64,000 nt of DNA from Octopus sinensis (taxonomy: Eukaryota). Of the stretch, positions 26,901 through 38,302 are shown piece after piece. The DNA is taken from positions 496,001 to 560,000 of the forward strand of contig NW_021831284.1 in NCBI RefSeq assembly GCF_006345805.1, in the 5' to 3' direction. The notes under the pieces were generated by a model. The model was given only the letters and a program-made list of their open reading frames with translations, had not been told where the DNA came from and searched no databases. Position numbers and translations under genes: made by a program. Positions within the stretch are counted from its first letter, which is position 1. Every line of letters starts with the position of its first letter.

Positions 26901-29900
26901 TTTTAAAATGTTATTTGTTTCAAATTTTGCATTACCATATCCAGCAATATAAAAAGAAATGTTGTGATCACCAGAATTTAAAAACGGGATTACAAAAAAT
27001 ACACTTGAATTTGATGAATTTAATGGGAAATATCTCATGTTATTTATTTTTAATTCTATAGATCCATTGCCAGAAATTAGTCTGTCTCCAATAATTTGTA
27101 TTGTTGTATTTGAGCTTGTAATGTTTTCCGGAATTATTTTTTTGATAATAGGAGTATGATTAGTTGAGAATTCAAATTTAATATTATTAACATTCACTGC
27201 ATTATATCTTCTTCCGTCCGAAAATATATCAATTATAATATCGGCAAATGTATCATTGGTTTTGAATACATATGTACGACAGTGAATGTTTGTAATTGAC
27301 AAATAAACAATGTCACATTGGTGACCTCCAATTCTTACATTCGTTTGATTTATTTTAAATCCCCAGCCATTGATGGATACTAATGTGTTTCCTGCCGTTG
27401 ATCCTTTATTTGGTAGAATTTCGAAAAATTCTGGTCTCAAAAACAAAGAATTTGTTGTACCGTGTTCCATTTCAAATATTCCGTAACCAATATTCTTTAC
27501 TTTAATTTTCAATAAAGATTTATAGCCAAAAGGAGAATTTTGTGTTTTATTTAATTTACATACAATTTTATTTTCGCCTGCTTCGAAAACAATGCATCTA
27601 TGTCCATCGAGGGTGACGTTGTTTTGACATATTTTTTTACCAAAATTTATTCCTAAATATATTTTAGACATATTGATTAAACCTATAATTGTGATATTGT
27701 CCATAATGCTTTCGTTTGTTTTTACGACTGATAATATTTTAATTAATCCGCAATTCCCAAAGTTAAAAGAAAAGTTTGAATTTACAGAACAGTTAAGTGT
27801 AGACGAACAATTTGCTAACTCATAATTGATATGTCGATTAAATTCTTAATTTTAAATAAAAATGTAAACTTGCATAGATAGGGCTTATTCCACCTATTTT
27901 AATGTTTAGAGGTAATGACTGATTAATTCCATTTTTAACATTTACAATTCCTTTAAGAGAAATGTTACTATATTTATTAACTGGCAGAGACCAATAAAAA
28001 TATTTTCCAGGTTTAAAAAATTGACGTTTATAGCTTCCTGAAACATTTTGGTAATTTTTTTACCTTTGTATGTTGCTTGACCACTATCAAACCCACTTTT
28101 CACTGGTCTTGTATCGATTAGTGAACGTATCTGTTGAATTTTATAGTTGACGCTAATAATTCCTGGTGGTGTAGACCAGGTCCATAATACCGAGTCTCCG
28201 ATATTTATGGTTATTTCATTATGAGACCAGATATAACCAACACCATATACTACAAGGTAGTTAGAAATACATAAACTATACTTGGATGTACTCCCAAGTT
28301 CGTAATATTGTGTATTACACGGTTTCCAGTTGTTTCACATATCAAAGTTGAATAGTTCACATATTTAACATTGCATGGATGATTTCCGAAATGCACCGAA
28401 AAGTCTAACGGATTTTTTGAAAAACCGCTTCCGTGAATATGAATATTTGTCCCTCCAAATATTGATCCAAACGTTGGGAACATTGAATTAACGTTAAAAA
28501 TATATTTTAATTTTTGTAGTTCCAGTCTTCTATTTTTAAAAATATAAAATTCAATACTGGTTAATAATTTGATTTCCTACAAGAATTTCAAATGAATAAT
28601 TTCCCGGAAGCATTGATGGAGTTTTGAAATAAAAAGAATTATTTTGACAAGATGACTGATTTATTATGTGCTCGTTTAATTTTAAAAATGTAAAATTATT
28701 TCCACATTGTAAATTTGTTATGTTTATTTCCAAAGTTTGATTGCCTTCAATGTAAAAATATAATCTAACCTAAAACGTTCAAAGTTAGTGGACGAAAGTT
28801 TTCAATTATTGGCCCCGTATAATTATTATAACTCATTTGGCCAATATTATATGATTCATTAGTATGTAGCGTAACATTATATGTTCCAGGTAACTAAAGA
28901 ATTACTTGCAATAAATAATGTGCATTTTGGCTAGGAGTCACAAAAGTTATTTGTTTAACTGTCGCTCTAGTTATTAAGGCATTTTTATTTCCGACAAATA
29001 TCGAAAAATTTCCATAAAACCCCATCCCATCAATAGTTATGTACTTACCACCTAATTGAATATACCTCTTAAATAAACCATAAAGGTCAGTTGAGTTGTG
29101 AGAAATAGTATTGACTGAAAGAGGAAACTTGAAACAAAATACTTGCGATAATCGAGCATACCCCAAATTTTTAACAAATATTGATATATTGCAGGGTGAA
29201 TATTCTTTATTGACGATTATCAAAGTACAGTTGATTTGTTCATTTGATGAATAATATACCAAACAATCGTTTTCAGAAATTCGAATTATATTGTTTATTA
29301 TTTCTGCGCTAAACTTTGTTCCTTTGATTGTGATATTAGTTCTAGCATTTCTTACTAATTTTTAATATTTTAAAATTTTTTATTACTTAAAATTGGGGAA
29401 ATATCCAATACTGTAGGAGTAGATCTATTTGTTTTTAAAAACGTGCAACTTCCATTGCAAATAGAAGGAGAATCATTTATAATTACTTCAACTTGTGGAT
29501 CTTTAAATTGTTGTCTAATCATCGATTGTTGTATTGTAGATTGTAAATATCCATCAACTAATGTTATTGTAGATCCTTGAATTTGATCGTTACCTGTGAT
29601 ATTTATCTATAATTTTATTATTTAATAAATAAATCAAAACCTTTAGTAATTCTGCGTCTCCGTTGTAAGATTTGAATATTATATCAGCCATTAAAGACTG
29701 GCAAGTGCGTTGTTCACTGATTGTCACTAATCCAATTTCATTAAAGTTTTCCAAGGCTTTCTGGAAATTTTCGGAATTTATTTGTACTAAAAATATATTA
29801 TAAATATTACAGCATAAAGGAATCTCGCAGTAATTCCATTTTGTATGATTATAGTCCGTATAGCACCAAGGACCAAACGGTTTGTTGTCAGGATTTCGAC

Positions 29901-32900
29901 AAAAATTAAGTTCACTTGTTTTATTTGAAAAATACGTCGAATTCCAATTTACACATTTAAACCCATTTTTAGTAAAAGATGTCGTCCCAGTATAATTGAT
30001 TCCTTTCACAGTGGTCTTACAGTCCAAAACTAATTTAGACAAACTTTAATTAAACCTTGTGAAGCTTTAATAGACCTTCCTTTAAATGTAAATATAATAT
30101 CTCCTTCAGGAGGTAAAGTGGCATTTGAAAGTGACTGACTAAATGTAAAATTTGTCGAAGTGTTATTTTTTGATTTCTAAATAACATCATCCAGTATAGA
30201 GTGTACATTTATAACAGTCATTAATGGTAATTTTCCGAAACATTTATGAAAACTATAAGTAACAGTAATGCTGTTTTCAAATTTTACGACAGATACAGCT
30301 TCAACAGAGTGTTGTCCAAGAACTCGCCTTGTTTTCAAAATTGCTAGCATATTTAAATCACTGAAAAACCAATTTTATCTAAATTTCTAGCCGTTTTAGA
30401 CAAAGAAACAAGATCGTAGTAAATAGTTCCATTATTTATTATGTTGATTTTTTTGACTAATACTATTGAAGATTGTACATTATTCATCAATAAAGTCAAG
30501 TCAATGCATTCGTAATTCCAATCACTAAATATAAATTTTATTTATCTGACTGAATTGAATTTTCCAGTGTTATTTCATACGTATAAGAAACATAGTCTAT
30601 ACTGTTATTGGAATATTCAATTTCTAATTCTTTAGGTGAATAACCATTATATGCAAAGCATAACTATTCGAATACCAAAAATATAAAACCATTTTAAATA
30701 TTGCTATATTTGGCTGGTTTTTATCTATTGCGCGAAACATTGATTCCAAATTTTTAAAAGAATACAATCCACAGAAGGCGTTTCCAAAGTGGTTTGAATG
30801 AGTTATACTCGATTCAAAATCTTCGACATAAAAAACTGAATCTGATTTTTTATTAAAATTTCGTGGACAGCGATTTCCATATCCGGACAAAATCTTTGCT
30901 GAAATCTATAATTTATTTAAAAACTTCTAATTTACTTCTATTTCAGTCAATTGAGATGAAATTGGAGGTAAATTATATTTTCCTACGTTAAATAGTAAAT
31001 AAGAATTTCCAGGTGTCCCATTAACAATTTTTTCAATTGAATAATTTTTTATAGAATTATTAATTTCTACTATTGTGAATGGCACAAAATTTCCTAGAAA
31101 TCATAAAAATTAAAATTAACCAAAACAAACAGTAAAATTCAATTTATAACTTGTTCTTGTATTATTATCGACATAGTTTTCTACTTTAATATGATAATCG
31201 CCAAGGATCGGATGATTGTTAAATTTGTTTTCTAACTCTTGAACCGTATCTTTAGTTCTCAAAATTTCTAAAATTTCAAAATTTTGAAAGACCGGTTTCA
31301 ATATCATTGAAATTTATTCTGTATTGAATATTACTTTCATTTTTATTAATAACTATTTGATAAACTTCGTGTGTCGAATTTTCAGCCGTTTGATTATTAA
31401 AAAAATAACGCTATTAATAATAATTCTATTAAATTCATACATGTTTTTCATATTGATAGTTGTAATTGATGATTATTTTTTGTTTTTCAGCTACAACTAA
31501 CTGCAATATTTTGTTAGAATATGGAGATTCAAATAACTTGAACGAAGCTTCAAGTGTTGATTTCCAAATATAATTCTTGTATATTCGGAGAAAATATCTA
31601 AAGATTCAATTTATAAATATACAAAACCCTTTATTCTTTTGCATATAAAATGATTTGAATAAATAGTCTTCACAATTTGTCGTCTTAATTTGATAAAAAT
31701 ATAATGAGATACCAAATTTTCAAAAGTAATGCAAAACGAAGATTTGGTATTGTCATTTATATAAAATTTATAATGTCCAGTCTTTGGAGGATAAAAATAC
31801 CCCGATAGCCTAACAACTTTATTTCCATCTGGCAAATGTTCTTTTCCAGATAAAGCTGTTTTGAAATTATAACCGGACGGATATGTTGCCGTATAGTTTT
31901 TTATTTCATTGTTATTAGAAAAATTTAAAGGGGTGTCCCAATATTCGAGTAAAAATCCTCTACTACCTGAAATAATTTATTTAGAAAAGAAATAATAAAT
32001 ACCTGCGTATAATTTTCTGAAGTTTAATGTAGATTTTGTCAAACTGCATACAATTGTATCATTTGAAATAGAATTTATGTTGCATTTTTCTCCTTTGTAA
32101 TAATGATGTATCAATTCTTACCTCCAACATAAACTTTTGTACTATCATTGTAAAAATATTTTCCAAATATTTTTATTTGAGTCCCGCCAAATATACTTCC
32201 TTCATTTGGAATGATCGAATTAATTGCTGTAAAAATAAAGATTGTTTAAGAGTTTAAAACTTGCATAAGCTTCATATTGTCCAAATTGCATGTTGCTGAA
32301 CAACATCAACGATCCAATATCTGCCTTTGATCTGTTAAAATAATATTTCTGAAAAATTAAATACCTTCCATAATATCGATCAATTATAATACTTCCATTA
32401 ATACCTCCTATTCGCACGTTTGAAAGTTTACACTTAAATTGTCCAAAAAATTTAGATGTAAGATTAAAATCGTATCTAATATATCAATAAAAATTGTTGA
32501 ATACGGTTTGCTTGTAACTGGATCAATTATTTCACAGTTTTTGTTTCCAAAATATATTCTAGGATTATAATAACAATAGTTACCTAGTGAACTTTGGAAA
32601 AATTTCCTTAGAAACCCCAATTTCGTTATTTAGATAAATCGTTGAATAAAAAGATCCAGAAACAGTTATTAATTGGTCTGCAATTAGAAAATCAATTGGG
32701 AACCTGGTGATCCAGTATTTGGGACTACACTCGTTATTCTTGGTGTGCAACTCCACCGAGACTATAGATTATTAAAACAACAAAAAATATAAACAAAAAA
32801 CATGCAATTGTAAATATGTCTGTTTTGACATATTTGCTCATCCGGAATCCTGATTCCATCAACTTCTACATGCAAATAATAGTTTCCAATTTCCATGGGT

Positions 32901-33251
32901 CTAAAAATAGATAAATTCTAAAAAGTTACTCTGTAAAACAAAAAATTGCTTTACTGTGTGTTAAATCAGTACGGATATTGCATTTATATGATCTGACAGA
33001 GGAATATAAATAAACACGATTTCCTATAGTTCCTTGATTTTCAATATTCAAAGTGAATGCTTCATCGGAAAAGCCTTGAAAATATTTATTCTCTATTTAA
33101 ACCATCTCCTCTAATCTCAATCAACGTTTCTCCTTCCAAAGATCCGCATCTTGTAATTATACGATCAATTCGTGGGTTTACTGAGAATTAAATAAAACTA
33201 TAAACCGCTTTGTTGACATCTCATAAACAAAAACAAAGAGATCAGCATCAT
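17971..33251 (-). CDS. PKHD1L1: Fibrocystin-L (PKHD1L1)-like giant membrane protein: IPT/TIG repeats, PA14, kringle, two G8 domains, PbH1 repeats, C-terminal TM helix
   Basis: IPT motifs (PTFGSIFGGTNIHIHGSGF, PNKGSTAGNTLVSINGWGF), PA14 (RLSGYFYPPKTGHYKFYI), G8 (WSSRFTWGG..P; RWSNTNIW..LP), GQAFRLGRYPIHYH, FFLEDGIETNN, IIESMDHDTEKRRLSPVA, and TM LIVGLSVGGVALTGVVGFIVW. Dozens of micro-introns. Confidence 0.92.
29811..30029 (-). other. Kringle-domain exon within the fibrocystin-L gene
   Basis: CKTTVKGINYTGTTSFTKNGFKCVNW...NFCRNPDNKPFGPWCYT...WNYCEIPLC has all six kringle cysteines. The exon is 219 nt, between introns 30030-30055 and 29787-29810. Confidence 0.95.
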
Positions 33252-33459
33252 GATCTGCTAAAAATTTTAATTCGAAATTTTTCGTACTATAGAAACAGAT
33301 TGAACCCTCGCTGACTACTTTAAATACTTTATAAAGTTTATTGAGTTTTTTGGTTTTCTAAAATAAACTATTAATGCTAAAATAATTTTAATATTTTAAT
33401 AATTAAAAAAATGCCATATAGTTTTGATTTTTCATTCTATTAAATTAAATTAGTTTCAG

Positions 33460-34620
33460 TTTCCTTTCCTCCTGCGAAATCACTTTTCCACCCCTAAGGT
33501 CCTTTATACGCTAAGATGTGCACCCTTTTTCCACAGAAGTGACCTCCTATCTGATTTCGATTACATCCTTAAGCTCAGTATGAACTCCCATACAATCTTG
33601 CTTTCGACGATTCTGGCTGGTCTCAGGCGACCTTACCTGTGCGCTGGGGCGGCCTTGGTCTGAGATCCTGTTTCGATTTGGCTCTTCCGGCTTACCTGTC
33701 CTCTCATTCTGACTCCTGCAATCTCTCAGACATCGTTCTCCGAAACCTTCCCAAACGGAAAGTGTCTGCAGATTTCGTCGTGGCAGGTCTCTTATGGAAG
33801 GCCCGGTTTGACTTGAGGCGGCCTGAGTCCGAGGATTACCAGCGCCAGTGGGACGAGAATGTATGTCGGTCTTTGTACGAAGAACTCACTCCAAAATTTA
33901 ACCAACACAGGCTCGCCTGCTTTCGTGCAGGCTGTCACCCAGGCAGCGGTGCTTGGATTGATGCCTTCTCCATTCAATTGGGAACCTCCTGGACTCCAAG
34001 TGCCTAAGAATCGCTATCTTCTTACGTGTTGGGCTCAAAATCTGTCAGGCCCACAAATGTCGCTGTGTCGGAACTGTGGACGAGTTCGGGTTACATCCCC
34101 TCTCTTGCCCCCCCAGTGCAGGCCGCGCTCCTCGCCACAGTGAACTGAACGACATCGTGAAAAGTTCTTTCGAAGCCGCCGGGGTGCCGTCCGTCCTTGA
34201 ACCTGTCGGTTTGAACAGAGGTGACGGCAAACGCCCTGACGGCTTAAAATCCCTTATATTGGATTCTACCTGCTGTGACACATTCTCCAACGGGAACCTA
34301 GCCATGTCGGCCGTCGACCCAGGCTTTGCTTCCAATCGCGCTGAAGATCTCAAAATCCAGAAGTACGGTCACCTCTCTAGTTTTGTTTTCACGCCCATCG
34401 CCGTTGAGACCTCTGGGGTCTTTGGCCGCAAGTCGCTTTGTTTCCTACGTGGTTTGGGGAGAAGAATCGCCAAAAGAAGGGACGACCCGAGAGAGTCCTT
34501 TTGGCTTCTTCAACGCCTCTCCATTGCCGTAATCCGCGGCAACTGTTTCGCAATTCGTAATGCTGGGAGTGCGTCCTAAACTGTATAGTCTTAAACAAAT
34601 TTTCTTCTTTTCTAACTGTC
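33460..34620 (+). mobile_element. CRE-clade retrotransposon, 3' portion (end of RT, Zn knuckle, RLE nuclease)
   Basis: RWGGLGLRS...GSGAWI...[20 protein letters not shown]...KRPDG...FTPIAVETSGVFG...LLQRLSIAVIRGN; frameshifted. Confidence 0.9.
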
Positions 34621-34639
34621 TTTATTGAATAAAAAAATT

Positions 34640-35090
34640 TACGCTAGCATAACTTTGTCTCCATTTTGTCATGTTGGCCCAGTTTGTTTGTAAAAGGTCA
34701 AGATGAATATAATTTCTGAGATCTATACTCAATAATAAGGAAATCGATCTTCCAAAACATAAGAAGTATCGACTGAAAAAGAAAGCAGAAAATTTCCTAA
34801 TTAAAGAGGGGAAACTATATATTAAAGATGTAAACGGTCTGCACAAGCTCGTAATTCCTTCCACGAGCTTAAAAGAGATGAAAATAATTGCACGTGAGAT
34901 TTATGAAGCCAATCATTGTGGACATTATGTAGGCAAAGATTTTTTATATTGAGAAGAGAGATCATTCGCCAAGTTGTCAAAAAATGCAATTTCTGCAAAT
35001 TTTCAGTTCCACTAAAACAATATGATAATTCAACAAAGATAAATTCGAATTCAACTTCTCCAAAATTAACTTGAATTCTCCGTATTATAA
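34640..35090 (+). mobile_element. Integrase Zn-binding (H2C2) region fragment, Gypsy/Ginger-like
   Basis: The + strand reads IAREIYEANHCGH...REIIRQVVKKCNFCK with stops and frameshifts. Confidence 0.5.
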
Positions 35091-35109
35091 GAGAATGAAC
35101 AGGAAGATG

Positions 35110-35362
35110 GAAGTACATGTGTCGGGCTTCGCAGCTAACCTGGCCGAAACGCTTAAAATCAAGAAATACAGTGGATTATCTCACCGTCATATCTTTGCCC
35201 CGATTGCTTTACTATGCCCCGATCGCAATTACTTATTAAAGTGGGGGACCTAGCAAGCAGAAGAAGAAATGATCATCGGGAACGGACATTGCTTTTTCAA
35301 CGGATATCAATAGCCATCTTGCGTGGGAATTGCCATTTTATTTTATCCTCTGCTACTAATTA
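35110..35362 (+). mobile_element. CRE-clade 3' end fragment
   Basis: AANLAETLKIKKYSGLSHRHIFAPIA, then LFQRISIAILRGN. Confidence 0.8.
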
Positions 35363-35426
35363 AACACGTGATCAGTTGTTACTTCTGAGTTTTTTGTTAA
35401 TCGACGAAATAGAATTTCGATAAATA

Positions 35427-36897
35427 CAGTAAAACCTCTGGTGCTCGCCACCTCTGTTACTCGCCACCTCTATTGCTCGCCACATATTGTTCAAAAAATT
35501 AAAAATTTCTAGTAAATTTTGATAAATATTCTATTGCTCGCCATTTTCTAAATCTCGCCATTAATTTTTAAAAAATTTTTTTTTGGTTAAACTATTTTTT
35601 ATATAAAAGTTGATCAGAAACAAGAAATTGATGCATTTACTTCTTTGATCTCTGCACAGATTCAACAATATAATGCTGAAAACATTTATAACGCTGATGA
35701 AACTGGGATTTTTTACAAATCTATCCCTTCAAAAAGTGTTTGTCAAAAGGTTCGATATGGACATAAAATCCTTAAAGAACGGTTTAATTTTTATTTATTT
35801 TTTAGATTTTCTTTGTTGCTATGCTCAAATATGACTGGGACAGACAAAAAATTCCACTTATGATTGGAAAGTTCCAGAAACCTCGCTGCTTTAAAAAATT
35901 TTAAAGTCGAAAATTTTGTCGATTACTGTCATTCATCAAAAGCATGGACGACAAGTAAAATTTTTAACGAATGGCTTTTAACATGGGATAGGCATCTAAA
36001 AAAACGAAAAATTCTTTTAGTTGTGAATCGATGCCAATCCCATAAACTTTACGCTGATTTAGAGTCAATTGAAGTTCTTTACCTACCTTCGAAGACTACA
36101 ACAATTCTACAACCAATGGATCAAGCAATCATTAGATCCTTCAAAGGACATTTTAATAAACTTAAATTTGAGTTTATGTTAGAAAAAATTGATAATGGAG
36201 AAAATCCACTGGAAGCTCATAAAAAATTAATTTTAAAAGACGGTCTTCTTTTTACATATTTTGCCTGGAAAAAAGTAAAGACCAAAACAATTACAAATTG
36301 TTTCGGACATTCAAAATGGATCGAATGTGAAAATCAACTCGAAAGACAAACTGTTGAAATTGATAATTATGATCAAATGGTAAATATCTTGAAAATATTG
36401 GACCCGGTGGATAAAGATGATTTTATTAATCATGAATTTACCGAAATATATGAAATTGAAGATTACCTTAATATTGCTGGAGATTCTTTCCCACAAAAAT
36501 ATGACGATGAAGATACTCATAATGACGAATCTCATGTGAATTCAGAAGAGGCTTTGAAAATGTTGAAAAGAATAAAGTCATTCTTTTATCAAAATGAAAA
36601 TTTTGATATAAATTCGTTGGAACTAATCGACACCGTTATTAGAAATATGGCTGAATTAAAAAAACTATTAAAGATTTTTTAGTTAATTTTTTCCTTTTAA
36701 TTTCTGTCGATTCTCTTTGTTGCTTTACTCAAATGTGACTTGGAAGGCTCACTTATGATCGGAAAGTATCGAAAACCGAGATGTTTTCAAAATTTCAAAG
36801 TCAAAAAATTTATTGATTATTTCCGTTGCTCGCCAAATTCTATTGCTCGCCATTTTTTCTTTGGTCCCGAAAATGGCGAGCACCAGAGGTTTTACTG
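35427..36897 (+). mobile_element. Tigger/pogo DNA transposon, internally deleted
   Basis: Perfect 24-bp TIRs cagtaaaacctctggtgctcgcca (35427-35450 and 36874-36897), TA on both sides, and subterminal ctcgcca repeats. DDE_1 motifs IYNADETG, KAWTT, LQPMDQAIIRSFK; frameshifted and lacking the N-terminal HTH. Confidence 0.95.
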
Positions 36898-36935
36898 TAT
36901 GTATTAAACGTAAAATTCGAACAAAATTTAAAATA

Positions 36936-37008
36936 TACCTCGACTGGGAGTTGAACCCAGAACCTCTCGCGTGTTAGGCGAGCGTGATAACCGCTACACC
37001 ACCGAGGC
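36936..37008 (-). tRNA. tRNA-Val (anticodon AAC)
   Basis: gcctcggtggtgtagcggttatcacgctcgcctAACacgcgagaggttctgggttcaactcccagtcgaggta forms a 73-nt cloverleaf with A and B boxes, followed by T runs. Confidence 0.95.
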
Positions 37009-37229
37009 TGTAACGTACATGAGGCGATAGTACTCAGTTGAACAAAAACCTTGATTAAAAATGGAAACTAAAAGGAAGTTTGTGGCAATCTCTGTTTTAA
37101 GCGAAGAAGAGAAATTACTGATGACCTGGATTTCTAATTAGATAATTTAAAATAGAATTCACATTTATTGTATAATTTGTTGATTTTTTTAAAGATAAAG
37201 AAAAACATAAAGAACTTTTTGCTAATTTA

Positions 37230-37650
37230 AATTTGTCGCCGAGCGGATGGATAGAAATTCCCAGGTAATATCGCGAACGGCATCCGTTGAAAAAGCCAGC
37301 TTGTTTCACGGTCGTCGTGACTCATTTTAGAGATGGATGTACCAATCTCATATTGTAGTTTGAGCGCTTTGGATCCATTTATCTCACTGATCTTGAAAGC
37401 CAGGGGACGAAGCAGCAGGTATCGGTCAATGAGACATATTTTTAGTTTTCCTAAATTTCGCAAAGGCAGATGCAGATCCAGGACAAGACAAGAAGCAGAG
37501 TCAATCTGCGATGATGAGGAAAATGAATCTACGCAGGTAACATCCCACACCAGGACTGAATGGGAATAAAATCGCCAATCAGGGCGTTTTCCGTCCCCAC
37601 CGGTTCTAAGGGGAATCCAGCGGCGTTAAGCGCGCGCTTCACAACATCAT
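37230..37650 (-). mobile_element. CRE-clade RLE fragment
   Basis: GDGKRPD, VWDVTCVDSFS, RETSWLFQR..AIL.GN. Confidence 0.8.
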
Positions 37651-37950
37651 TTAATGAAGAGTGTCTGGGGATCTTGTCGGCAACCCCCTCCTGTCGATGA
37701 CTTTTCCTTCCTTGTACAAAAATATACCGTTTGAGGAGATCGGTAACACATTAAGTTAATCGGCCGAATGAGGCTGACAAGCACAATTAAAACTGAAACC
37801 GGTTGGCCTGTAAGCGGATATTTTCGAGTATGTGCGAGCAATAAATAATATCCCAGTTCCTTTGAACAGATGGAATTTCCGGGATTTTAAGCCCCCGAAA
37901 ACCCACTCGTTGACACCAGCCGCATATTCAAGCAGGAAGATCAGGAATAT

Positions 37951-38217
37951 TTACATTGAATGGTAATTGAAAACAGTAAATTCATTTTCAAGCTCATGGG
38001 AAATTTCAAAACGCGTCTCAGATTCAGTAGCTTTCGTAACACATGATTTTATAAAATCATCAACACTATAAGGTTTTAATGCTAACGTTATATCCCGATA
38101 AATAACGTAGTTAGCTTTTACAGCTTCCTCACTGTCATCTCGAACTTTATCGAAAGAAGATTGCTGATTATGCAAACATGCAAGTAGTGCTTTTCTCGCG
38201 GACCGTATCTTTGACAC
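37951..38217 (-). mobile_element. hAT (SPIN/GTF2IRD2-like) transposase fragment
   Basis: QQSSFDK...AVKANYVI...KPYSVDDFIKSC resembles the AV.ASY.IA..IA...KPF..GEF.K.C motif and the piece at 61020-61130. Confidence 0.7.
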
Positions 38218-38302
38218 TCCTGGGCAATAGGTTATAAATAATAGCTAGATTTAAATTCTTATTACATTTTTATTAAGTCCAAAAAGTAATAGATTTTAAA
38301 GC

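Noticed and set aside
18096-32620. Many short ORFs as separate genes or a pseudogene
   Set aside because: Where checked, they join in frame across GT-AG micro-introns and follow the fibrocystin-L domain order.
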